From: Gammaproteobacteria bacterium
Lineage (GTDB): Bacteria > Pseudomonadota > Gammaproteobacteria > Eutrophobiales > Eutrophobiaceae
NCBI GenBank assembly: GCA_965243205.1
Contig: CBDEUK010000002.1
Coordinates: 224,001 to 288,000, forward strand
Length of the DNA: 64,000 nt
Direction of reading: 5' to 3'
Under the pieces are notes generated by a model. The model was not told the DNA's origin, did not search any database, and worked only from the letters and a program-made list of their open reading frames with translations. Below are positions 10,548 to 20,800 of this stretch, one piece after another (position 1 is the stretch's first letter; every line of letters begins with the position of its first letter). The position numbers and the translations under genes are program-made.

Positions 10548-11762
10548 ATGAGTAAATTTCTGACACAATTAAATATCAGAAAACAAATGTATTTATTAGC
10601 AGGGATAGCCGTGACTGGGAATGTTGTTTTACTGGTAGTTGCTACTATGAACGCTTTATCAGGAGCTTCATGGTCAACGATATTTCAAAATGTGAATTAT
10701 TTAATTGAACTGACATTTATTTTAATTTCAATTGCGTCAGTATGCGTTTTATCTCACATACTTGGAACACAGAATGCGCAACGTGCTGAAATGGTAGTTG
10801 GCGCCATGGGTGCATTGGCTAAAGGTGACCTGACTAAAAAAATAAGCATTGAAGGTAAAGATGAATTTGCTTGGATGTGTTGGGAATACACATGTGCTAG
10901 AAAAGGATTTACTGAAGTAGTGCAAAGTATTAAAGCTAATGCTTCTCAACTTGCAGCAGCAGCCGAAGAGCTTTCTACTATTACCGAGCAAAGTTCAAAA
11001 GGTGTCGTAAGACAACAAAGTGAAACTCAACAAGTTGCAACGGCTATGAATGAAATGTCTGCTACTGTACAAGAAGTAGCAAAGAATGCTGCAAGCGCTG
11101 CAACAGAAGCACAAGAAGCAGATCATCAGGCTAAGAATGGATATGATGTTGTGAATGAAACGGTTCAAACAATTAACTCACTTGCAACAGAAGTTAAAAA
11201 TACATCAGAAGTTATCGAGCGATTAAAAGGTGATAGCTTAAGTATTGGTGCAGTATTGGATGTCATTCGTGATATTGCTGAACAAACCAATTTATTAGCA
11301 TTGAATGCTGCAATTGAGGCCGCACGTGCAGGTGAGCAAGGACGTGGATTCGCAGTGGTCGCTGATGAAGTACGTACACTCGCTAGCCGTACACAACAAT
11401 CGACTCAAGAAATTAATGAAATGATTGAACGTTTGCAATCGGGTGCAAATGAAGCAGTATTAGTGATGGAACAAGGTACGACTAAAGCGGAGCATACCGT
11501 TGAACAAGCGAGTAAAGCTGGTGAGGCATTAGATAGCATTACTCAGGTTGTTGATAATATTAAAGCGATGAACATGCAAATAGCGAGTGCGGCAGATGAG
11601 CAAAGTGCTACAGCTGAGGAAATTAACCGTAATATTGTCAATATCAGTGAAGTAGCCGATGAAACTTCTAGTGGAGCTCAGCAAACGGCTAATGCAAGTG
11701 ATGAGTTAGCAAGATTAGCGGTAGATTTACAAGAGAAAGTAGATCGCTTCCAGATTTTGTAA
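10548..11762 (+). CDS. methyl-accepting chemotaxis protein (2 TM, HAMP, MCP signalling domain)
   Basis: [34 protein letters not shown] signature. Confidence 0.95.
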   Translation: MSKFLTQLNIRKQMYLLAGIAVTGNVVLLVVATMNALSGASWSTIFQNVNYLIELTFILISIASVCVLSHILGTQNAQRAEMVVGAMGALAKGDLTKKISIEGKDEFAWMCWEYTCARKGFTEVVQSIKANASQLAAAAEELSTITEQSSKGVVRQQSETQQVATAMNEMSATVQEVAKNAASAATEAQEADHQAKNGYDVVNETVQTINSLATEVKNTSEVIERLKGDSLSIGAVLDVIRDIAEQTNLLALNAAIEAARAGEQGRGFAVVADEVRTLASRTQQSTQEINEMIERLQSGANEAVLVMEQGTTKAEHTVEQASKAGEALDSITQVVDNIKAMNMQIASAADEQSATAEEINRNIVNISEVADETSSGAQQTANASDELARLAVDLQEKVDRFQIL

Positions 11763-11788
11763 CTATCGTAGTTCATTTTTTTAAAACT

Positions 11789-11823
11789 ATAAAAGGCCCA
11801 TATTTTTATGGGCCTTTTATTTT
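11789..11823. terminator. bidirectional intrinsic terminator
   Basis: ATAAAAGGCCCATA/TATGGGCCTTTTAT inverted repeat between convergent genes. Confidence 0.85.
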
Positions 11824-11830
11824 CAGGAAA

Positions 11831-11998
11831 TTAGTCTTTAGAGTAGGTAATATCCCTATTCTTATTATCTTCTTCAAATAAGTCTTTTGCAGCAAGTTCT
11901 CCAACATCTAATCCAAAGTCCAAAGCAATGCGGTAGCATTCGAATAAACGATTACTCATCGTGTCATTGACAGTTTCAAATGATTCGATCTTTTCCAT
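11831..11998 (-). CDS. small acidic hypothetical protein (55 aa), absent from the ORF track
   Basis: Translated by hand: MEKIESFETVNDTMSNRLFECYRIALDFGLDVGELAAKDLFEEDNKNRDITYSKD*; GGGGAAAG SD; ends at the terminator. Confidence 0.55.
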   Translation of the reverse strand: MEKIESFETVNDTMSNRLFECYRIALDFGLDVGELAAKDLFEEDNKNRDITYSKD

Positions 11999-12187
11999 TT
12001 AACTTTCCCCCAAGACTGATCGTGTCATCTATAATTAATGAGCAAACTCATCAGCGTAGTCTGCTCAAAATAAGAAGGCCTGGTATCCGGAAGAGGCTGG
12101 AGATACCAGGCAAGAGCCGAGATCCATCCCGGCTAGTACCCGCTAGGGTCACGGTAAATCGTTTTGGTCGATGCATATGAACTTGGT

Positions 12188-13441
12188 TTACCAAGTTAAT
12201 GCTCCACCAGTTTGATACTCAGTAACGCGAGTTTCAAAAAAGTTCTTTTCTTTACGTAAATTGGCTTGTTCGTCCAACCACGGTAGTGTTGCTTCAGCGC
12301 CTGGGAATGGTTTTTCCATTCCTAATTGGCCAGCACGACGGTTAGCAATAAAACGGAACTGGCCGATGTGCATTTCTGCGTTGTAGCCAAGGATCGGATC
12401 ACGTAATAAATAGTTTGCATAAGTTTCTTCAGCAGCTTCAGATTCTTCCCATAATTGGCGTACAGCTTTTGGATCCAAGGTGACGTTTTCCTCAAGCATA
12501 ATTTGTTTTACAACACGAATTCCAAATGAGGCATGCATGACTTCATCACGCATAATGTATTGCAATTGTTCTGCTGTACCTTTCATAAGATCACGACGCT
12601 GTAATGCGAAGATAGGGCTAAAGCCGTTATAGAACCAACAACCTTCAAAGATTGCAGCAAAGAATAAATACGATAAAACAAAGTTTTCTAATTCATCGCG
12701 GTCACGTAAATCGATATCAGAACGTAATACCGAATTTAAACGGCTATTCGCATATTGAATTTTTTGGTTGATTTCGGGGACCACACGGTAACGGTTATAG
12801 ATTTCACTTTGATCCAAACCAATAGTTTCAATACAGTGTTGATAAGTCCAAGTATGCAATGACTCTTCATATACTTGTCTAGCTTGATAAATTTGTAATT
12901 CAGGAGAAGCCATTTTTTCCATTACAGCCAAACCAATATTACGCATCGCTAAAATATCTGAAGTCGTTAAATACGCTAATACATTTTCATAAACATGGCG
13001 TTCTTCAAGAGTCAGTTTATGACGATAATCATGAACATCCTGAGCCATATTGATATCAAGTGGTGTCCAATGATTTTTATTGGCGTTTAAAAAATAATTC
13101 CAAGCCCAAGGATACTTAAATGGCGCTAATTGATTGATATCTGCCATACCATTGATAACTCGTTTGTCTTCAGGATTAACAGGTGCCATGCCAGTAAACG
13201 TCGGTGTTGTTTCGGTAATGTTTGTTTGCACTGATTCTTCAGGTTCTGAAACAATAGAATCTGTTTCTTCAGAATGAGTCAGATCAAGTATGCTCACATC
13301 ATGGTCATAGTTTTCTTCTTGAATAGCTTGTAAATCAATATCCGTTGATTGCTCAATGGTTGCTTGCATTAAAGGAGTAGCAGACTCTGTTGATTGTTTT
13401 GTAGTTATTGCACTTATAGGATCATCCCAATCAGATAGCAT
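12188..13441 (-). CDS. nrdB: ribonucleotide reductase class Ia beta subunit
   Basis: EESLHTWTY (ExxH plus radical Tyr), FEGCWFY, RDEVMH and NFFETRVTEY motifs. Confidence 0.95.
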   Translation of the reverse strand: MLSDWDDPISAITTKQSTESATPLMQATIEQSTDIDLQAIQEENYDHDVSILDLTHSEETDSIVSEPEESVQTNITETTPTFTGMAPVNPEDKRVINGMADINQLAPFKYPWAWNYFLNANKNHWTPLDINMAQDVHDYRHKLTLEERHVYENVLAYLTTSDILAMRNIGLAVMEKMASPELQIYQARQVYEESLHTWTYQHCIETIGLDQSEIYNRYRVVPEINQKIQYANSRLNSVLRSDIDLRDRDELENFVLSYLFFAAIFEGCWFYNGFSPIFALQRRDLMKGTAEQLQYIMRDEVMHASFGIRVVKQIMLEENVTLDPKAVRQLWEESEAAEETYANYLLRDPILGYNAEMHIGQFRFIANRRAGQLGMEKPFPGAEATLPWLDEQANLRKEKNFFETRVTEYQTGGALTW

Positions 13442-13485
13442 GATGTTTTTTTCCTCTTAATTATTCTTGTTTTATAGATACCGAG

Positions 13486-16347
13486 TTACTGACAAGCTTC
13501 ACAATCAGGGTCGAGTATTGAACACGCTTTAGGTGCTTCATCGATACTGTCGAGTTGTTCGTTTTGTGAAGTACTTTTCTCCATATGTGTTGCGCCTAAA
13601 GAACGTAAGTAATACGTGGTTTTTAATCCACGAATCCACGCTAACTTATATAAGTTATCGAGTTTCTTACCACTAGGTTCTGCCATATAAAGATTTAATG
13701 ATTGTGCTTGGTCGATCCACTTTTGACGACGAGAAGCACATTCGATTAGCCAACGCGCATCGATTTCAAATGCCGTAGCATAGATTTCTTTGATGTCTTC
13801 TGGGATACGATCGATTGATTGCACACTACCATCAAAGTATTTGAGATCGTTAACCATGACATCATCCCAAAGGTTGCGAGATTTTAAATCTTGAACCAAA
13901 TAAGGATTAACGACTGTGAACTCACCTGATAAATTCGATTTAACAAATAAATTTTGATAAGTCGGCTCAATGGATTGACTAACGCCACAAATATTAGAAA
14001 TAGTTGCGGTAGGCGCAATTGCCATGCAGTTAGAGTTGCGCATACCAATGGTTTTAACTTGGCGTCTTAAGCTTTCCCAGTCCAAGGTTTGCTCAGTATC
14101 CACATCAAGATAACCATCACGTCCTTCCTGTAATAAACGAATGGAGTCGATAGGTAAAACACCTTGGCTCCATAAGGAGCCACTGAAGGTAGTATAAGCA
14201 CCACGTTCTTTGGCTAAATCACTGGAAGCTTTAATCGCATAATAACTAACGGCTTCCATGCTGCTGTCTGAAAAACTAATGGCCTGTTCTGATGAATAGG
14301 CAATACGTAATCTATATAAGGCATCTTGGAAACCCATAATACCTAAGCCGATAGGACGATGACGTAAATTTGAACGACGTGCTTGAGGTACGCTGTAATA
14401 ATTGTAATCGATGACGTTATCCAACATACGAATTGCAGTGTTGATAGTTTGCTCGAGTTTTTCTTGGTTTAAACCATTTTCGTCAACGTGTTGGGCTAGA
14501 TTTACAGAGCCTAAGTTACATACTGCGATTTCTTCATCATTGGTATTAAGCGTGATCTCAGTACATAGGTTCGAAGAATGAACTACGCCACTGTGCTGTT
14601 GTGGCGAACGTAAGTTACATGGGTCTTTAAAGGTTACCCAAGGATGGCCTGTTTCGAATAACATCGATAACATCTTGCGCCATAACTCAACGGCTTTTAC
14701 TTGTTTAAAGCTACGAACCTCACCGCGTTCCGCTTTTGCTTCGTATTCCGTATAAACACGTTCAAATTCTTGGCCGTATATGTCATGTAACTCAGGTGTT
14801 TCATCTGGAGAGAATAAAGTCCAATCACTTTCTTCCACTACACGCTTCATGAATAAATCAGGAATCCAGTTAGCGGTGTTCATATCGTGAGTACGACGAC
14901 GGTCATCGCCAGTGTTTTTACGTAACTCAAGAAACTCTTCAATATCCAAATGCCAAGTTTCCAAATAAGCACACATAGCGCCTTTACGTTTACCGCCTTG
15001 GTTTACGGCAATAGCAGTGTCATTGGCAACTTTTAAGAACGGAACAACACCCTGAGATTTGCCATTAGTACCCTTAATGTGAGCTCCCATTGCGCGAACA
15101 CGACTCCAGTCATTACCTAAACCACCTGCATATTTTGATAATAAAGCATCATCACGAATTGAGTTGTAAATGCCGTTTAAATCATCAGGAATGGTAGTTA
15201 AGTAACAGCTGGATAATTGTGGGCGTAAGGTGCCTGAATTAAATAGAGTAGGGGTCGAACTCATGAAGTCGAATGATGATAATAATTCGTAGAACTCAAT
15301 TGCTCGTGACTCACGATCCATCTCATTAATTGCTAAGCCCATCGCAACACGCATGAAGAAGGCTTGTGGCAATTCAAAGCGAATTTCATCATGATGAATA
15401 AAATAGCGATCATATAAAGTTTGCAGACCAAGATAGGTAAACTGTTGGTCACGTTCGGGCTTTAGTGCTTTACCTAAGCGAACAAGATCATATTTGGTGA
15501 GTTCATTATCTAATAAAGAAATTTCAGCGGCTTTTTCAATGTAATCGAGAAAATAGCTAGAATATCGTTCAGACATTTCTGCCTGAGTTGCATAGACCAC
15601 ATTACCATCAATAAAGCTTAAAGCTTCCCGACGTAAGTTATCTAATAATAAGCCAGCTGCGACATAACTATAATTTGGTTCTTTTTCGATCAGAGTACGG
15701 GCACTCATGACCAGTGCAGGATTAATATCGAGCTCTTTGACACCATCGAATAAATTACGGAGAGCATCATCGAGGATCAGATCAACTTCCACGCGTTCAC
15801 GGCCTTCACAAGCTTCTGTTACAACGCTTCTCATACGGCTGATATCTAGGGGCTTTTTAGTACCGTCGAGACTGGTAAAAGAGATAGTATTCTCTGGTTG
15901 AACACTAGTCGCGCTATCAACGGGTGTTTGATCGGCTCGTAATCTAGCGCGTTCTTCACGGTAAATAACATAAGCACGGGCGACTTTTTGTTGGCTGCCA
16001 CGCATTAGGGCTAATTCGACTTGATCTTGAATGTCTTCGATATGGACAGTTCCACCACCAGGCATTCTACGAGTCAAAGCATTCACGACTTGTTTTGTAA
16101 GGCTTGCCACAGTTTCATGGATGCGAGTCGAAGCCGCAGCTGTACCACCTTCGACTTCTAAAAAAGCCTTAGTCATCGCAACACTGATTTTACTTGGATC
16201 AAAGCTAGTGACCTTGTTATTACGACGGATAACAAGATATTCGCCAGGTTGATGGGCAAGAAGCTCATCGTTATTTTGTGTTGGTTGTGAGACAGACGAT
16301 ACGCCAGAGTCGGCAATTGCGTCTTCAGATACTTCGTTGGCCTCCAT
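13486..16347 (-). CDS. nrdA: ribonucleotide reductase class Ia alpha subunit with N-terminal ATP cones
   Basis: TPTLFN, SSCYL, SNLCTEI, APTATIS and KTTYY motifs; C-terminal CEAC. Confidence 0.95.
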   Translation of the reverse strand: MEANEVSEDAIADSGVSSVSQPTQNNDELLAHQPGEYLVIRRNNKVTSFDPSKISVAMTKAFLEVEGGTAAASTRIHETVASLTKQVVNALTRRMPGGGTVHIEDIQDQVELALMRGSQQKVARAYVIYREERARLRADQTPVDSATSVQPENTISFTSLDGTKKPLDISRMRSVVTEACEGRERVEVDLILDDALRNLFDGVKELDINPALVMSARTLIEKEPNYSYVAAGLLLDNLRREALSFIDGNVVYATQAEMSERYSSYFLDYIEKAAEISLLDNELTKYDLVRLGKALKPERDQQFTYLGLQTLYDRYFIHHDEIRFELPQAFFMRVAMGLAINEMDRESRAIEFYELLSSFDFMSSTPTLFNSGTLRPQLSSCYLTTIPDDLNGIYNSIRDDALLSKYAGGLGNDWSRVRAMGAHIKGTNGKSQGVVPFLKVANDTAIAVNQGGKRKGAMCAYLETWHLDIEEFLELRKNTGDDRRRTHDMNTANWIPDLFMKRVVEESDWTLFSPDETPELHDIYGQEFERVYTEYEAKAERGEVRSFKQVKAVELWRKMLSMLFETGHPWVTFKDPCNLRSPQQHSGVVHSSNLCTEITLNTNDEEIAVCNLGSVNLAQHVDENGLNQEKLEQTINTAIRMLDNVIDYNYYSVPQARRSNLRHRPIGLGIMGFQDALYRLRIAYSSEQAISFSDSSMEAVSYYAIKASSDLAKERGAYTTFSGSLWSQGVLPIDSIRLLQEGRDGYLDVDTEQTLDWESLRRQVKTIGMRNSNCMAIAPTATISNICGVSQSIEPTYQNLFVKSNLSGEFTVVNPYLVQDLKSRNLWDDVMVNDLKYFDGSVQSIDRIPEDIKEIYATAFEIDARWLIECASRRQKWIDQAQSLNLYMAEPSGKKLDNLYKLAWIRGLKTTYYLRSLGATHMEKSTSQNEQLDSIDEAPKACSILDPDCEACQ

Positions 16348-16460
16348 TAACCCCTCCTAGATACTTTTAAAATAAGGAAAATCAATTAGAGTCATTTGCA
16401 AAGAGCTTTAGGTTTTATAGCAAAAGACTTGATTTATTTTAGTATGTTATAGATATAGCA

Positions 16461-16508
16461 CCACTACAAAATGTGGTCAAGGCGATATTAAAACACAAGA
16501 TGATGTGG
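16461..16508. promoter_or_regulatory. tandem NrdR boxes
   Basis: CCACTACAAAATGTGG (16461) and ACACAAGATGATGTGG (16493), 32 bp apart, upstream of nrdA. Confidence 0.8.
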
Positions 16509-16537
16509 ATTGTCTTGTTAAATACCTAGGAATTAGC

Positions 16538-16557
16538 TGTGGATAAACTGGGAATAA
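16538..16557 (-). promoter_or_regulatory. DnaA box plus a degenerate neighbour upstream of nrdA
   Basis: TGTGGATAA (reverse complement of TTATCCACA) at 16538-16546; TGGGAATAA at 16549. Confidence 0.65.
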
Positions 16558-16701
16558 TTTAGGGCGAAAATTTGTAAAAAATGATCACAGTAGTTTCAAC
16601 TACTTAGCATTAAAGTTATGTGACAATTTGTAGAATTTACTTTAAGTCAGTGGAAAACGGTCGAAAATAGTGCAATTTTTTCAGCGAAAATAATTTGAAA
16701 A

Positions 16702-16723
16702 AAATGTGATCTAGTTCACTTTT
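16702..16723. promoter_or_regulatory. CRP-family binding site
   Basis: AAATGTGATCTAGTTCACTTTT matches AAATGTGATCTAGATCACATTT at 20/22 positions. Confidence 0.6.
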
Positions 16724-16742
16724 TTTTCGATATCGGGTTTTT

Positions 16743-17684
16743 TTATGGTTTATCTGGGTTAAGCGGATCGTAATCTATCGTAATGGTTTGCTCTGATTTT
16801 TCTGAAGATACGATATCAACAGAAATCATTAATACAGATGTCATGTTTTCTTTATGGGTTAGAGAACGCACAGTCTCTCTTAATGGAATAGCAATACCGT
16901 TCTTTTTGAGTTTGCGTAGTTCCCAACGGTGTAATCTTCCTGGGTCGTCTAGGGATTCTTTAACGTATTGTCTGGCAAGGTTTCTATCCTGAGGGTGATA
17001 TAGAGAGAATAAAGGCTTATCAATTAGCTCCTCACGCTTATAACCTAGTAAATACGCGCCGAATTTATTAATGGTTTGAATATGGCCTTTTTTATCCAAA
17101 ATCAAATACATAGCTGGAGTGTTATTAAATAAATCTTCATAGCGTTGTTCACTGATATGTAGAGCCTTTTCTATTTCAAGCCGACTATCCATTTCAGACT
17201 CAAGATTTGCCCGAGCCAATTCATACGCGACTTCGGTATTGATTACTTTCTTTTCTAATTTTTGTTTTTGTGCTTGAAGCGCGAGGCTCATCGATTTTAG
17301 TGAAAGCTGATTTTCAATGCGGGCAATTAATACGGGCAGAGTACCGGGCTTGATAATGTAGTCATTAGCACCAGCATCTAGGCAAGTCACAATATTTTCA
17401 GTGTCTTCGCTGACCGATAACATGATCACAGGCAGTTCCAGCGGAGAATGTTTTTTCCTGAGAATTTCTAATAGATCGATGCCTGAAAGGTTCGGCATCT
17501 TTATGTCCAGTAAAATAAGATCGATGTCAGAATTTTCTTCAATAAAATCAATTGCTTGCTCAGAAGATTGAATAGTGGTGACTTGGTATTTTTTAGACTT
17601 TAAAAAAATCGATATTGTATTACAGACGGTGTTATCGTCATCGACAACTAAGATAGATGCAGGCTTGGCACTCTGTTCGGACAT
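16743..17684 (-). CDS. response regulator, REC + coiled coil + PAS, no output domain
   Basis: VVDDD, LLDIKMP and GANDYIIKP motifs, followed by a PAS fold. Confidence 0.85.
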   Translation of the reverse strand: MSEQSAKPASILVVDDDNTVCNTISIFLKSKKYQVTTIQSSEQAIDFIEENSDIDLILLDIKMPNLSGIDLLEILRKKHSPLELPVIMLSVSEDTENIVTCLDAGANDYIIKPGTLPVLIARIENQLSLKSMSLALQAQKQKLEKKVINTEVAYELARANLESEMDSRLEIEKALHISEQRYEDLFNNTPAMYLILDKKGHIQTINKFGAYLLGYKREELIDKPLFSLYHPQDRNLARQYVKESLDDPGRLHRWELRKLKKNGIAIPLRETVRSLTHKENMTSVLMISVDIVSSEKSEQTITIDYDPLNPDKP

Positions 17685-17817
17685 AGATAAAAAATACTTT
17701 TGCTATTATTTGGTTTAGATAGAGCTAAACTCTCCCTGGTAGCTCGCGGATCACTGAGTGCAATATATTACAAATACTTGAATCTCTCCATAATTTCTTT
17801 TGGTAAATCTTTGTTTT

Positions 17818-20800
17818 TTAATCATTTCGTAATAATTTTTTTGCACCCTTAAAGTCAACTTTACCACTTCCTAGCTTAGGTATTTCTTCAACAACCGTTA
17901 ATTCAGAAGGAATCATCAACGGATTACAGTCTGCTTCAAGCATGGATTTTTTAAGATCACTTAATTCGAGTGCATCTGAAATCACCAGATGAATCTTCTC
18001 GCCTTTTTTATCGTCGGGTAAGTTAACAGCGACTAATTCTAATTCAGGTTGTTCCAATGCTGAGCGGATACTTTCTTCCACAGTGGTCAAGCTGATCATC
18101 TCGCCACCCAGTTTGGCAAAACGTGAATAACGGTCAACAATCGTTAAGAATCCATCCTCATCCAAATGACCTTTATCCCCAGTTTTGTACCAGCGCTTTC
18201 CATCTATCTCAGCAATGACTTCCTCAGTTTTTTCTGTATCTTTTAAATAACCCAACATGACTTGTGTCCCGCCAATCAAAATCAATCCGTCTTCGCCAGT
18301 GGGTAGATTTTCTAATGTTTCGGGATCAATGATACGAAAACTGGAGCCAGGTAATGGCATGCCAACTGTTCCAGGTTTATTACCTAATTGAGTGTGCCAG
18401 TAATTAACGTCTAAGGTATCGGGAACATTTACACTAGCAACAGGTGTGGTTTCAGTAGCACCATAACCTTCATAAATATTCTTGTTGAATTTTAATTTAA
18501 AGCTATCGCGCACATCAGGGTTCAGTTTTTCAGCGCCTGCAACAACGATACGTAAAGATTCCAACATCAAAGGATGAACACGTTTGTTCTTAGTGTATAA
18601 ACGTAAGAAAGTTGAAGTGCCGCAAAAAATAGTTGCTCGATATTTTGCAATGGCTTTCGCTACATTAACTGCATCGGTTGGATCAGGATGACAAATCATT
18701 GGTATGCCTTCAATTAATGGCATAAAGGTCGTCACGGTCAATCCAAAAGCATGGAATAAGGGTAGGGAAGCCATTACAACATCGCTGTCTTCAGTGTTTA
18801 GCATATCTGAAATTTGCTTAAGATTACTCATGATGTTTTTATGCGATAACATCACACCCTTAGGTTCACCCTCACTGCCACTAGAAAATAAAATTGCAGC
18901 TGGTGAATTAATCTCAATGTTATTGCAATAAAGATATTTAATAAAAGAAGCGGGTAAACAATAAACCGCTAAAAGAGTGATAACTTTATTGAAAGATGTG
19001 ATTTGATCCTTCAAATCTTCGACATAATAAATATTTGAAGAATCAAGTACACCTTCGAGAACAATACCTTTCTTTTCTAATTTTTCTATAAATTTTTTCG
19101 AAGTGTAAACGGATTTTATTTCGGCTTTATTAATTGCTGATTTTAAGGCATCGATACTCGCCGTATAATTTAAATTTACAATCGTTTTACCACAGATAAG
19201 TGCTGCCATATTACAAATAGTGCCAATGCTACTTGTGGGCAGTAGTAAAGCGACGTTTTGTTCGGCAGAGCGTTGTTTAATTAGTTTTGCAAACAGTAAA
19301 ACGCCTATTAATAATTTGTTGCCTGTTAAAGGACCTGATAAAGAATCGGCAACCGCTAATTCATTAGCATTGCGTTTTACACTATCAATAAAGGCATTTG
19401 GTAAGCTTTGTAAGGTTTCAGTGTAGTGTTCCCAAGAATCAATTGATAAGTCAAAAACATGTTGTTTGACAATTTCACTGGTCGTATCAATGGGTAATGT
19501 TTTTCCAAATGCTACAATGATGTCGCGCTTAATACCTTTACTACGGATCGTTTTTAACTTTTCACTCGAACGTGAAAACCAACTTCCCCATAAGCCGCGT
19601 AAATAGAACGGTAGGATAACGGCATTCGCTTCTTCAGCTGCTTTTTCATAACCTTTTTGAAACTCTGCAAGTTGCCCAGTTCGACTGATCGTTCCTTCTG
19701 GAAATAAACAAACTACTTCTCCATTATTTAAACTTTCAGTTACATTGGCTAAAGCAGTACGACTACCACCTGCAGAGATTGGAATCACATTAAAAATATT
19801 TAAAAACCATTTCAGATACCAACGTTCATAAATATTACGAATCATGACAAAACGGATTGGGCGTGGTGATGCCATTTGAATAATTGCCCAATCGATCCAA
19901 CTGATATGATTACCTAACATTAATATACCACCAGACTCAGGCATATTTTTTAAACCTAATACTTGTAAACGATATTTGCTACCGATGATAAAAGAGAATA
20001 TAAAACGAATTAGAGATTGGGGTAATTTATAAACGGTATAAGCCGTACCTAAGATGGCAACCACTAGCAGTATTGCAAAAAGTCCATAACTATTAATTCC
20101 TATATCGGCAAACCAAACAGTTAAGCCTAAGAAGGACAACATCACACAATTTTGTATGAAGTTATTGCCAGCTAAGATAGAACCAATTTCGTCTTCACCT
20201 GCATGAAATTGAATCAAAGCATTAAGTGGAATAATTAACATGCCACCCATAATGCCCCAGAGTAAAAAGTTTAATGCTTGACCGAATTCACTATCTAAAT
20301 TCGGTAAGATAAATAAACAAACAGCAATACCGATTGAACCAAGTGGAATTAACCCTGTTTCAATATGAGTTTTAGAGACTCGTCCAGCAATTAAAGAACC
20401 TAACATGATGCCTATGCCAGCGCAGGCCATCATGCCCTGAATAATCACTGTATTCATGATATTCATAGTGTCTTTCGCATGGGCAGGGAATGCGGCCAGC
20501 ATTACTTGAGAAATCGACCAAAAGATAGCTAAACCAATAATCGATAAAAATATGACCTCACGATTGCTGACGGTGTTTAGGTTTTTACGTAAATAGGTTC
20601 CTTTTAAATAGCTATCCCAATCAAAATTCATAGAGTCGTCTTGATTCTGTGTGGTGGGTAGGCGGTAAGCGAGTAACAGTTCTAAAATACTGATAGCGAC
20701 TAGACACCAACCGAGTGGTGCAATTAGCATTAGTAACTCATGTTTATTAGAAAAGAATTCTTCAAAGATGATTTTTTCGAATAAGATTGAAAATGTAAAT

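Noticed and set aside
11980-12180. 66-aa plus-strand ORF
   Set aside because: Lies antisense across the hairpin element downstream of nrdB; no SD or recognisable motif
12188-13441. NrdB as a possible class Ic (Mn/Fe) or metal-free subunit
   Set aside because: The radical Tyr (HTWTY), the first Asp ligand and both ExxH motifs are present, consistent with class Ia
16538-16557. DnaA boxes as a replication origin
   Set aside because: Only one perfect box, in the known regulatory position upstream of nrdA; no oriC gene context
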